Positions 10,986-20,145 of a stretch of DNA of 64,000 nt are shown piece by piece. The notes under the pieces are model-generated. The model was not told where the DNA came from. It did no database searches and saw only the letters and a list, made by a program, of their open reading frames with translations. This DNA is from an uncultured Fidelibacterota bacterium. GTDB taxonomy: Bacteria; Fidelibacterota; Marinisomatia; Marinisomatales; Marinisomataceae. Position numbers and translations under genes: made by a program. The stretch spans positions 424,033 to 488,032 of the forward strand of contig CACBFQ010000001.1 of the NCBI GenBank assembly GCA_902538565.1, written 5' to 3'. Every line of letters starts with the position of its first letter. Position 1 is the first letter of the stretch.

Positions 10986-12228
10986 AAAGAAAATAGCCTA
11001 CATTCAGTTCCCTGGTTCCAATACAGAAAACGAAACAAAAAACATTTTACAAAAACACGGTATGTTGCCGTTTGGACACCTTTGGAATGACTCTTCAGAG
11101 CTGTTAAATGATTTTGATGGTTTTATAATTTTAGGTGGATTTTCTTTTGAAGACAGGTCTAGATCAGGAATTATTGCATCCCTTGAACCGGTTGTTAATG
11201 AACTAAAAAAACAAGCTGTGCTTGGTAAACCTGTTTTGGGAATTTGTAACGGTGCTCAAATTTTAGTGGAGTCTGGCCTTGTTCCGGGAAACAAGGAGTT
11301 TGACACCCTTGTTTCTTTAACCGATAATAAAAGAACGGTGGGTGGCCGTATTGTTGGAACGGGATATTTTAATAAATGGTGTTATATAAAGCCTTGCGAA
11401 AACGCAAAATCGGCTTTTATTAAAAAGGACGGAAAACCAATGAAGGTTCCTATTGCACATGCCGAAGGTCGTTTTTTATTTAACGATGACCTTAAGGCCG
11501 AAATATTAAAAAACAATCTAATTACCTATAAATATTGTGACTCAAAAGGGAATCTTTCCGGTGACTTTCCAACCAACCCTAATGGCTCGCTTCATAGCAC
11601 CGCCGCCTTAAGCAACCCAACAGGAAATGTGATGGCGATAATGCCCCACCCTGAACGAACATTAAAAAATGAAGCTGATGATCTTTTTGACAGTATGAAA
11701 AACTATATTGAGTCTGATTCTTCCTTTAGCTATAAAGCTTTAAATTTTAAATCAAAAAAATTAAGTATTCAAAAATTTAAAAAACTATCAAAAAGCAGTG
11801 AACTTCTTATTTCTACAATTATCGCTGACAACGAAGCTGCGTCGGTCGAAAAATGTATTCACAACCTGGGTGTAGACGCTAAAGTAAAAAAATATGTTCA
11901 TTTTGAAGTTGATACAACTAAGAGTTTTGATATTGATAAAGTTATCTCAACCGACGTATTGTTTAACCCCAGCAAAGAATATATAGTTAAAACAAAAGAA
12001 GAGTCTGGGGTGTGCAGGTTTTTGGTTCGTAACAAGGAAGACATTGTTGGGCAAAGCCTTACTCAAACTCTACAAGACCGCTTTGAATTGTCAGATTTAA
12101 AATCTATAAAAAGGGGTATTGTTTGGGAGGTTAAAATTAATTCACATTCAATAAAAAAAGACGTGGATTTAATATTAAATAGTCATATTTTTTCTAATCC
12201 TGTTTCACAGGAATGTCATGAATATTGA
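10978..12228 (+). CDS. purQ: FGAM synthase glutaminase subunit PurQ fused to two tandem PurS-like domains
   Basis: Start set at ATG 10978 (MAKKKIAYIQFPGSN), an 8-nt overlap with purM. The class I glutamine amidotransferase has GICNGAQ (Cys nucleophile) and MPHPER. About 170 extra C-terminal residues form two PurS-like repeats: ..SVEKCIHNLGVDAKVKKYVHFEVD..VLFNPSKEYIV and ..DIVGQSLTQTLQDRFELSDLKSIKRGIVWEVKI..IFSNPVSQECHEY. Confidence 0.85.
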   Translation: MAKKKIAYIQFPGSNTENETKNILQKHGMLPFGHLWNDSSELLNDFDGFIILGGFSFEDRSRSGIIASLEPVVNELKKQAVLGKPVLGICNGAQILVESGLVPGNKEFDTLVSLTDNKRTVGGRIVGTGYFNKWCYIKPCENAKSAFIKKDGKPMKVPIAHAEGRFLFNDDLKAEILKNNLITYKYCDSKGNLSGDFPTNPNGSLHSTAALSNPTGNVMAIMPHPERTLKNEADDLFDSMKNYIESDSSFSYKALNFKSKKLSIQKFKKLSKSSELLISTIIADNEAASVEKCIHNLGVDAKVKKYVHFEVDTTKSFDIDKVISTDVLFNPSKEYIVKTKEESGVCRFLVRNKEDIVGQSLTQTLQDRFELSDLKSIKRGIVWEVKINSHSIKKDVDLILNSHIFSNPVSQECHEY

Positions 12229-13192
12229 CAAAAAATATTATCAGGAAATCAACGGAAACCTGACTAATACAATTCAGGATACCAATATTGACGCCCCTAA
12301 TAAAAAAGTTGGAAAAGTTAGGGATGCTTATTTTTTAGACGACAAGGTGGTAATGATTTCTACTGATAGGCAAAGCGCTTTTGATCGCGTTTTAGCTGCT
12401 ATTCCATATAAGGGCGCTGTTTTAAATTCTGTCAGTGCATGGTGGTTTAAAAAAACTGAACACTTATTTCCCAATCACCTTATTTCTACCCCAGATCCAA
12501 ATGTTTCTATTGTAGAAAAATGTACTGTCTTTCCGGTTGAGTTTGTTGTTAGGGGTTATATTACAGGAACGACGGACACTTCTCTGTGGACCGTTTATAA
12601 TAGTGGAGATCGAGAGTATTGTGGAAACATCCTTCCTGAGGGGTTAAAGAAAAACGATAAACTTGATACTCCTATGCTAACACCGACAACCAAAGATAAG
12701 GTTCATGATAGGCCTGTTTCTAGAGAAGAAATAATTGACCTTGGGTTAATGTCTGCAGAAGACTACGACATAGCTGCCAAAATGAGCTTAGACCTTTTTG
12801 CTTTTGGACAAGAAACAGCAAAGAAAAATGACCTAATTCTGGTAGACACAAAATACGAAATTGGTACTGACTCTTCAGGAAAAATTAAGTTTGTCGATGA
12901 AATACACACTCCTGATAGTAGTAGATTTTGGATAAGTGGTTCATATAAAGAAAGAATTAATGCGGGTCAAGAACCTGAAAACATCGATAAAGAATTTTTA
13001 AGGCTTTGGTTTGCAAAAAACTGTGATCCCTATAATGATGAGGCTTTACCAGACGCCCCTGACGATCTTGTTGCAGAACTTTCTGCTAGATATATTTTAT
13101 TATATGAACTAATCACTGGAGAAAAATTTGTTTTTCCAAACCTTGATGATATAAACAAACGAATTACTGAAAACATAAAGGAGCTATTATGA
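12218..13192 (+). CDS. purC: SAICAR synthetase (long form)
   Basis: 324 aa. GKVRD, STDRQSAFD, LILVDTKYE and DEIHTPDSSRFW motifs. 11-nt overlap with purQ. Confidence 0.9.
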   Translation: MNIDKKYYQEINGNLTNTIQDTNIDAPNKKVGKVRDAYFLDDKVVMISTDRQSAFDRVLAAIPYKGAVLNSVSAWWFKKTEHLFPNHLISTPDPNVSIVEKCTVFPVEFVVRGYITGTTDTSLWTVYNSGDREYCGNILPEGLKKNDKLDTPMLTPTTKDKVHDRPVSREEIIDLGLMSAEDYDIAAKMSLDLFAFGQETAKKNDLILVDTKYEIGTDSSGKIKFVDEIHTPDSSRFWISGSYKERINAGQEPENIDKEFLRLWFAKNCDPYNDEALPDAPDDLVAELSARYILLYELITGEKFVFPNLDDINKRITENIKELL

Positions 13193-13584
13193 AAGCTGTA
13201 TTAATTATGGGTTCTACCTCAGATCAGCCACATGCAGACAAAATTACCAACACTCTTGATACGCTTGGAATTGAATACGAGGTTCATGCTGCTTCAGCCC
13301 ACAAAAATCCTGAAAGGGTATTAGAAATTATAAGGTCTTTTGAAGAAAAAGATGCTGTTGTTTTTGTTACAATAGCCGGAAGGTCAAACGCTCTTTCTGG
13401 TTTTGTAGGTGCAAACTGCAATAAACCAACCATAGCTTGTCCTCCTTTCAAAGATAAGGTAGATATGAGCATTAACATTCACTCAACACTTCAGATGCCA
13501 AGCAAAACGCCTGTGCTTACAGTGCTAGATCCTGGAAACTGTGCTATTGCTGTACACAGAATATTAAACATCGGTTCAATGTGA
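13189..13584 (+). CDS. purE: Class II PurE (AIR carboxylase type), short 131 aa
   Basis: LIMGSTSD...SAHKNP...AGRSNALSG...PTIACPP closely parallels the AIR carboxylase domain of animal PAICS (AGRSNGLGP, SCPP). It does not match the class I AGGAAHLPG signature. ATGA overlap with purC. Confidence 0.85.
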   Translation: MKAVLIMGSTSDQPHADKITNTLDTLGIEYEVHAASAHKNPERVLEIIRSFEEKDAVVFVTIAGRSNALSGFVGANCNKPTIACPPFKDKVDMSINIHSTLQMPSKTPVLTVLDPGNCAIAVHRILNIGSM

Positions 13585-14930
13585 GTAATATTTCTCCAAT
13601 AGACGGGAGATATAAAAAAAACGTCTCTGAACTAGAAACATTTTTTTCAGAGCAGGCACTAATGCGCCATCGGGTGATGGTTGAAGTCGAGTATCTGCTG
13701 GCCCTCATTGAACATAAGTCTTTTCAAAAAACCCGCGCTTTAAGCAAAAAAACTTTAAGGTCGTTGAAAGGTTTGTACGTTGAATTTTCAGCAATTCATT
13801 TTAAGCAAATAAAAAAAATTGAGAAAAAAACAAATCATGATGTAAATGCAGTTATTGTATTTGTGTCTAAAAAGTTAAAAAAAATCGGTCGGGGTGATTT
13901 GGTACCGTTTGTTCACTTTGGGCTTACATCAGAGGACATTAACAACATTTCGTACTCTTTAATGACACAGGGTGCTGTTGAAGATGTAATGGTCCCCTCT
14001 GTAAAGGGTGTTCTAAAAGAACTAAAGGCTCTTTCAAAAAAAACAAAATCTTTGTCTTTGTTGTCCTTGACCCATGGACAGCCTGCCACCACAACAACCC
14101 TTGGAAAAGAGCTTGCTGTTTTTGTTTCTAGGATAGAAAGAGAAATTGCTTTGATTAAAAAAATAAAGTTGTTAGCAAAGCTTTCGGGGGCAACAGGGTC
14201 TTATGCTGCTCACAAGGTTGCCTTTCCAGATTTTAATTGGACTTTGTTCGCAAAGAGGTTTATTAAAAAGCTAGGCCTTGAACAATCCCCGATTTCTACA
14301 CAAATTGAACCGGGGGATTCTCTTGCGGAGTTACTTCACTCTTTTGTTAGAATTAATAATATATTTTCTGATTTTTCTTTAGATATGTGGCTGTATATAA
14401 GTAGAAATATTTTTGTTCAAAAAAATATTGTTGGCGAGGTTGGCTCAAGCACTATGCCCCATAAAATTAATCCAATCTTTTTCGAAAACGCAGAAGGAAA
14501 CCTAGACATTGCAAACAACAGCTTCTCTTTCTTGGCATCCAGAATTACAAGGTCTAGACTTCAAAGAGATCTAAGCGGTAGCACTGTTTTTAGAAACATC
14601 GGTGTTGGGTTTGCTCACTCGCTCATTTCATATAAAAACCTAATTAAAGGTGTTTTGAGGGTGTCTCCAAACAAAACACAAATGAAAAAAGAGTTAGATG
14701 AAAATTGGAGTATTCTTGCAGAAGCCGTTCAAACGGTTTTACGGAAATCTGGAGACGCTTCCGCTTATGATAAAATTAAGAAGCTAACTCGAGGAAAGCC
14801 GCTAACAAAAGAATCTTATTTGCAACTGGTTAACGGCCTTAATGTTACTGAAAGAGATAGGGTTGCTCTTCTTGAATTAACCCCACATACATATCTAGGT
14901 GAAATAAATAAAGTTTTGGAGAACCTATAA
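13581..14930 (+). CDS. purB: Adenylosuccinate lyase
   Basis: GTG start overlapping the purE stop. SPIDGRY N-terminus, GLTSEDINN, and the fumarate-lyase signature GSSTMPHKINP. Confidence 0.92.
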   Translation: MSNISPIDGRYKKNVSELETFFSEQALMRHRVMVEVEYLLALIEHKSFQKTRALSKKTLRSLKGLYVEFSAIHFKQIKKIEKKTNHDVNAVIVFVSKKLKKIGRGDLVPFVHFGLTSEDINNISYSLMTQGAVEDVMVPSVKGVLKELKALSKKTKSLSLLSLTHGQPATTTTLGKELAVFVSRIEREIALIKKIKLLAKLSGATGSYAAHKVAFPDFNWTLFAKRFIKKLGLEQSPISTQIEPGDSLAELLHSFVRINNIFSDFSLDMWLYISRNIFVQKNIVGEVGSSTMPHKINPIFFENAEGNLDIANNSFSFLASRITRSRLQRDLSGSTVFRNIGVGFAHSLISYKNLIKGVLRVSPNKTQMKKELDENWSILAEAVQTVLRKSGDASAYDKIKKLTRGKPLTKESYLQLVNGLNVTERDRVALLELTPHTYLGEINKVLENL

Positions 14931-14931
14931 G

Positions 14932-16380
14932 GTGTGCGGAATAATTGGTTTATACCACCCAACAGAAAATGTTTCTGGTGAAATTTACGATGCTCTGATT
15001 CAGGTTCAGCACAGAGGTCAAGATGCCGCTGGAATAGCAACCTGGAACAGCAAAAAACTTTCTCTTCATAAAGAGCTTGGTGTTGTTACTGAGGTTTTTA
15101 AAACAAACGAGTCTCTAGGTTTGGAGGGTAATGTAGGAATAGGTCATGTACGTTATCCCACCGCTGGCTGTTCTGATGTTTCAGAGGCACAACCTTTTCA
15201 CTCTTCTAATCCTGTGAATATTTGCCTTGCACACAACGGAACGCTGACTAACAGTGATGAGATGAAAAAATTTCTTCTAGAAACCCACTTCTGTCAACTT
15301 AATACTCAGTCGGATTCTGAAGTTTTATTAAATCTTTTTGCATATGAATTGTCTAAAATAAACTTTGATGTTTTGCAAAATTCGCATGTTTTTGAGGCCC
15401 TAAAAAGAGTATATGAAAGGTGTGAGGGTGGCTTTGCTGTAACAATGATTGTTGGGGGCGTTGGCTTGGTTGCCTTTAGAGATTCAAACGGAATTAGACC
15501 GCTTGTTGTGGGTAAAAAAGATGAATCTTTTATGGTTGCTTCAGAAAGCTCTGCGCTTAGCGCCCTAGGGTATGAATTCGAACACGACATTGATCCTGGT
15601 TCAGCCATCATTATATCTGAAAGCGGTGTTATAGAAAAAAGTGTATGTGCTGAATCTATATCACACTCTCCTTGTCTTTTTGAGTTTGTATACTTTTCAC
15701 GCCCCGACTCTGTTATTGATTCTATATCTGTTCATAAGTCTCGACTTAGAATGGGAGATTTTTTGGGAGATAAAATTCTTAGGGATTATTCTCATCTAGA
15801 AATAGACGCAGTAATACCCGTTCCAGACACAAGCAGAACATCTGCAATGCAGGTTGCATACAAGCTTGGTGTTAAATATAGAGAAGGATTTATTAAAAAC
15901 AGATATATAGGTAGAACGTTTATTATGCCGGGGCAAAATATAAGAAAAAGGTCTGTTGCTCACAAGTTAAGTCCAATAGAAATTGAGTTTAAAAATAAAA
16001 ACGTTTTGCTGGTTGATGACTCAATTGTGCGAGGAAACACTTCAAAAAAAATTGTTGAGATGGTTAGAAAGCAGGGAGCAAACAATGTGTACTTTGCTTC
16101 TGCCGCTCCTCCGGTACGCTATCAAAACGTTTATGGTATTGATATGCCGGCAACCAAAGAACTGGTTGCCCACGGAAAAACAGTTGAAGAAATTAGGCTA
16201 TTTATTGGAGCAGACGAACTTATTTATCAAGACATTGAAGACTTAAGAATGGCTGCACACATTGGAAATACAAACATTACAAGCTTTGAAGATTCAGTGT
16301 TTACAGGCAAGTATTGCGCCGGGAAAATTTCTAAAGAATATTTATCACAACTTGAAAACAACCGATCTTCCAAAAAATGA
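14932..16380 (+). CDS. purF: Amidophosphoribosyltransferase
   Basis: GTG start giving the N-terminal MCGI (Ntn Cys nucleophile), RGQDAAGI, and a PRTase motif VLLVDDSIVRGNT. Confidence 0.95.
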   Translation: MCGIIGLYHPTENVSGEIYDALIQVQHRGQDAAGIATWNSKKLSLHKELGVVTEVFKTNESLGLEGNVGIGHVRYPTAGCSDVSEAQPFHSSNPVNICLAHNGTLTNSDEMKKFLLETHFCQLNTQSDSEVLLNLFAYELSKINFDVLQNSHVFEALKRVYERCEGGFAVTMIVGGVGLVAFRDSNGIRPLVVGKKDESFMVASESSALSALGYEFEHDIDPGSAIIISESGVIEKSVCAESISHSPCLFEFVYFSRPDSVIDSISVHKSRLRMGDFLGDKILRDYSHLEIDAVIPVPDTSRTSAMQVAYKLGVKYREGFIKNRYIGRTFIMPGQNIRKRSVAHKLSPIEIEFKNKNVLLVDDSIVRGNTSKKIVEMVRKQGANNVYFASAAPPVRYQNVYGIDMPATKELVAHGKTVEEIRLFIGADELIYQDIEDLRMAAHIGNTNITSFEDSVFTGKYCAGKISKEYLSQLENNRSSKK

Positions 16381-17684
16381 AAAAAGTTTTGGTGGTGGGG
16401 TCTGGTGCAAGAGAGGTTGCAATTGCTAGATGTGTTTCACAAAGCACAATAAAAAATTCTCTTTTTTGCGTATCAAAAGATATAAACCCGCAAATCCTCG
16501 ATCTTTGTAAGGACTACTTTGTTACTGATCTTACGAACATATCTGATATTGTATCATATAGCAGAAAAACTAAGGTCGATTTGGCAATCATTGGGCCAGA
16601 AAACCCGCTTGCTAATGGTATTGTAAATGAGCTTGAAAATGTTGGGGTTGGGTGCATTGGGCCTAGAAAAGAAGTTGCATTGATTGAAACCAGCAAGACT
16701 TTTGCAAGAAAAATAATTGATCTTTGCTGCCCAGAAAAAAACCCACAAAGAAAAGAGTTTAGTTCAGTAGGCGGGGTTAGAAGCTTTATCGAACAGTTGG
16801 GCGGAGAGTACGTAATAAAGTTTGACGGTCTTATGGGAGGAAAAGGTGTTCGTGTTTCTGGTGAGCACCTAAAAAACATCGATGAGGGAATTGCCTACGC
16901 TAACGAAATTATTGACATTGGCGGAACGTTTTTAATTGAAGAAAAGTTAGTTGGAGAAGAGTTTTCTTTAATGAGTTTTGTAGATGGTAAGGTCTGCAAA
17001 CATATGCCTATCGTTCAGGATCACAAAAGAGCATATGAAGGCGACACTGGTCCTAACACCGGGGGGATGGGCACCTACTCTTTTGCAAACCACTCTCTTC
17101 CCTTTTTAAGCGAAAAAGATATTAAAGAGGCTCAAAAAACCAACGAACTTGTAGCCAAACAACTTTTTGAAGAAACAGGTACTCCCTATGTTGGCATACT
17201 ATATGGTGGCTTTATGTTAACAAAAGGTGGTGTTAAGGTCATTGAATACAATGCTCGTTTCGGTGACCCTGAAGCAATGAATGTCTTGTCTATATTAGAG
17301 TCAGATTTTTTGTCAATTTGTATTTCTATGGTTGACGGAAACCTAAAGAACCAAGGTGTTTCTTTTGAAAGACTTTCTACTGTTTGTAAATATGTTGTTC
17401 CGGTGGGCTATCCAGACAAACCCGCAAAAAACTTTGAAGTGTTTTGTGATCAAAATAACCCCTCTCTTTTTCTCGCATCTGTTATGCTAAAAGATCAAAG
17501 GCTAATAGCCTGTGGGTCAAGAACCGCTGCGGTGGTTGGTAAAAACAAAAATGTTTTTCAGGCTGAGTTGTTTGCTGAGGCTGGTATAGCAAACATATCC
17601 GGAAACCTTTTTCACAGAAAAGATATTGGCACAAAGAAGTTGGTTGAGTCTAGAATTAAAAGAATGAAAGAGTTGTTGCAATGA
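16377..17684 (+). CDS. purD: Phosphoribosylamine-glycine ligase
   Basis: 435 aa ATP-grasp protein with KVLVVGSGAREVA, GPNTGGMG and EYNARFGDPE motifs. ATGA overlap with purF. Confidence 0.95.
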   Translation: MKKVLVVGSGAREVAIARCVSQSTIKNSLFCVSKDINPQILDLCKDYFVTDLTNISDIVSYSRKTKVDLAIIGPENPLANGIVNELENVGVGCIGPRKEVALIETSKTFARKIIDLCCPEKNPQRKEFSSVGGVRSFIEQLGGEYVIKFDGLMGGKGVRVSGEHLKNIDEGIAYANEIIDIGGTFLIEEKLVGEEFSLMSFVDGKVCKHMPIVQDHKRAYEGDTGPNTGGMGTYSFANHSLPFLSEKDIKEAQKTNELVAKQLFEETGTPYVGILYGGFMLTKGGVKVIEYNARFGDPEAMNVLSILESDFLSICISMVDGNLKNQGVSFERLSTVCKYVVPVGYPDKPAKNFEVFCDQNNPSLFLASVMLKDQRLIACGSRTAAVVGKNKNVFQAELFAEAGIANISGNLFHRKDIGTKKLVESRIKRMKELLQ

Positions 17685-18253
17685 GGTTGGCTGTTATTGG
17701 ATCAACCAACGGCACAGATCTTGTTCCTATTGTTAGCGCTATAAACTCTGGGGAGCTTCTGGCCAGTGTAGAGGTTATAATTTCAAACAACGAGCTTTCT
17801 GGGATTCTAAAGAAGGCTGGCACTTACGGTATAGAGGGTCATTTTATTTGTCATAAAAATAAAAAACGTGATGTATTTGACTTAGAAATGTCACAAATTT
17901 TAGAAAGCAAAAAAATTGATTTAATTTTGCTCATTGGGTTTATGAGAATTCTTTCATCAGAGTTTGTAGAAAGGTGGCGCGGAAAAATAATTAACGTTCA
18001 TCCTTCTCTGCTGCCAAAATATGCTGGTGGGATGAACAATGATGTTCATGAAAGCGTCTTGGCTGCGGGCGATAAAGAAAGCGGATGTACAATTCATCTT
18101 GTAACTAAAGATGTTGATTGTGGTCCTATTTTATTACAAAAATCGTGTCCTGTTTATGGAAATGATTCTGTTGAATCTCTTCGAGAAAGAGTTCAAAAGC
18201 TTGAGGGAGAGTCTTTTATAGAGGTAATTAATAACTGGAGGAGTTATGAATAA
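17681..18253 (+). CDS. purN: Phosphoribosylglycinamide formyltransferase
   Basis: 190 aa. INVHPSLLP and the GCTIH formyltransferase core. ATGA overlap with purD. Confidence 0.9.
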   Translation: MRLAVIGSTNGTDLVPIVSAINSGELLASVEVIISNNELSGILKKAGTYGIEGHFICHKNKKRDVFDLEMSQILESKKIDLILLIGFMRILSSEFVERWRGKIINVHPSLLPKYAGGMNNDVHESVLAAGDKESGCTIHLVTKDVDCGPILLQKSCPVYGNDSVESLRERVQKLEGESFIEVINNWRSYE

Positions 18254-18641
18254 CAAACTGTTTTTTGACTTTATTTCTGTTGTTGAAAAAGTTCTACACT
18301 TAATCATATTGGGTATGGTGATATTCCTTTGTTTTGAAGAGGTTATGTCTGCTGTGAATGGTGTAGGAGTTAGGGTAGAAAGCGTTTTAATGCTGTTTAT
18401 TTATCTAGAAATCATGCAAATGGTAAACATATTTTTTTCCACTGGAAAAATTCCAATAAGGTATCCTTTATATATTGGTATGTTTGCTTTGGCAAGACAT
18501 ATATCTTTTGAAGACATAAAAGGTATTGAATCTTTATATCTTTCTGCTTCTGTAGCGTTATTGTCTTTGGCCCTTGTTGGCTTGGCGTATAGAAGCAAAA
18601 TAATGAACAAAAACGTTCCAGAGCTTCCAGAGACCGAATGA
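18246..18641 (+). CDS. PsiE-family (phosphate-starvation-inducible E-like) small membrane protein
   Basis: 131 aa with about 4 TM segments. FIYLEIMQMVNIFFSTGKIPIRYPLYIGMFALARH aligns with E. coli PsiE [35 protein letters not shown]. It overlaps purN by 8 nt and purH by 4 nt. Confidence 0.55.
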   Translation: MNNKLFFDFISVVEKVLHLIILGMVIFLCFEEVMSAVNGVGVRVESVLMLFIYLEIMQMVNIFFSTGKIPIRYPLYIGMFALARHISFEDIKGIESLYLSASVALLSLALVGLAYRSKIMNKNVPELPETE

Positions 18642-20137
18642 CAAACAAAGTCTTACCTAAAACTGCACTAATATCGGTTTCTAATAAGTCTGGTGTTTTA
18701 ACGTTTGCTAAATTGCTTCAAAAAAATGGTGTAAAAATATTTGCAACTGGAGGTACGGCCTCAGCGCTAAAAGGCGCTGGAATAAGGGTTTCAAAAGTCT
18801 CTTCAATTTCTCGCTTTCCTGAGATTTTTGGGGGAAGGGTTAAAACCCTTAGTCCATATATTTCTGGTGGTATTCTTGGGCAAAGAGATAAGGATAAAGC
18901 TGAAGCAAAAAAAAATAATATCACTTGGATTGATCTCGTTATCTGTAACCTATATCCATTTGCCGATGTTGCTAAAAATACCAACTCCACAATGGATGAA
19001 AAAATAGAAAATATTGACATTGGTGGGCCAACCATGATTAGGGCAGCAGCAAAGAACTTTAAATGGGTTGGTGTTGTTGTAAGCCCAAAAGACTACCGTT
19101 CTGTTGGTGCAGCTATTGCTAATGGTGGTCTTACAGAAAAAAGACGTTTCGACCTTGCTAAAAAAGCCTTTGGCCACTGTGCTGAATATGATCAGACTAT
19201 CTTTGAAACGCTATCAGAAAAAATACCAAAACATGACTCTTTACGTTATGGTGAAAATCCTCACCAACAGGCTTTTGTTGTGAAAGGAGATACGCCCTTC
19301 TCTCTTGGTATTCCTCAGGCTAAACAACACCAAGGTAAGGCTCTCTCATATAATAATTTTTTAGATGGTGACGCCGCTTTACAATGTCTATCAGAGTTTA
19401 AAAAGACTCCTGCTTGTGTTATTGTAAAACACAATTCTCCTTGCGGTGTCGGAGTAGGAAAGAATGTAAGCGAGGCCTTTTCTGGAGCGCTCAATGTTGA
19501 TAGCCTGTCTGCTTTTGGCGGGGTGGTTGCAATAAACAGAAAATGCACCGTTGACCTGGCAAAAAAAATAGATAAAATATTCTTTGAAATCATAGTTGCT
19601 CCTTCTTTTGATGCTGGTTCATTAAAAATATTTTCAAAGAAAAAAAATCTTCGCGTTTTAAGCCTCAAAAAATATTTGTCTCCAGAGTTTTCGATTAAAA
19701 CAATTGGTGGTGGAAGCTTGGGTCAAGAGAAAGATGATTCAAACCTGCTCAAAAAACACCTTATTATTCCAACAAAGAAGAAGTTGACTCCAAACCAGCT
19801 TTCTACAGGCTTGTTTGCTTGGAAGGTGGTCAAACACACAAAGTCAAATGCAATCGTTGTAGCCAAAAACAATAAAATTATGAGTATATCTGGTGGTCAA
19901 ACAAGCAGGGTCGATGCCACAAAAATAGCTTTTGAAAAAACAAAAATACCTAAAGGGTGTGTCGTCGCTTCTGACGCTTTTTTCCCCTTTAAAGACTCAA
20001 TAGAAAAAATGGCACAATACAATATTGCTGCCATAATCCAGCCCGGAGGGTCTATAAGAGACCGCGAGGTTGTTGAATCGTGTAACAAAAATAAAATTGC
20101 TATGGCCTTTACCGGCTTTAGGGTGTTTAAGCACTAG
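18638..20137 (+). CDS. purH: Bifunctional AICAR transformylase / IMP cyclohydrolase
   Basis: 499 aa. MGS-like N-domain (ALISVSNK, GGTA), NLYPF, DIGGPTMIRAAAKN, YGENPHQ and a C-terminal AICARFT domain. Confidence 0.95.
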   Translation: MTNKVLPKTALISVSNKSGVLTFAKLLQKNGVKIFATGGTASALKGAGIRVSKVSSISRFPEIFGGRVKTLSPYISGGILGQRDKDKAEAKKNNITWIDLVICNLYPFADVAKNTNSTMDEKIENIDIGGPTMIRAAAKNFKWVGVVVSPKDYRSVGAAIANGGLTEKRRFDLAKKAFGHCAEYDQTIFETLSEKIPKHDSLRYGENPHQQAFVVKGDTPFSLGIPQAKQHQGKALSYNNFLDGDAALQCLSEFKKTPACVIVKHNSPCGVGVGKNVSEAFSGALNVDSLSAFGGVVAINRKCTVDLAKKIDKIFFEIIVAPSFDAGSLKIFSKKKNLRVLSLKKYLSPEFSIKTIGGGSLGQEKDDSNLLKKHLIIPTKKKLTPNQLSTGLFAWKVVKHTKSNAIVVAKNNKIMSISGGQTSRVDATKIAFEKTKIPKGCVVASDAFFPFKDSIEKMAQYNIAAIIQPGGSIRDREVVESCNKNKIAMAFTGFRVFKH

Positions 20138-20145
20138 GAGAGTTT

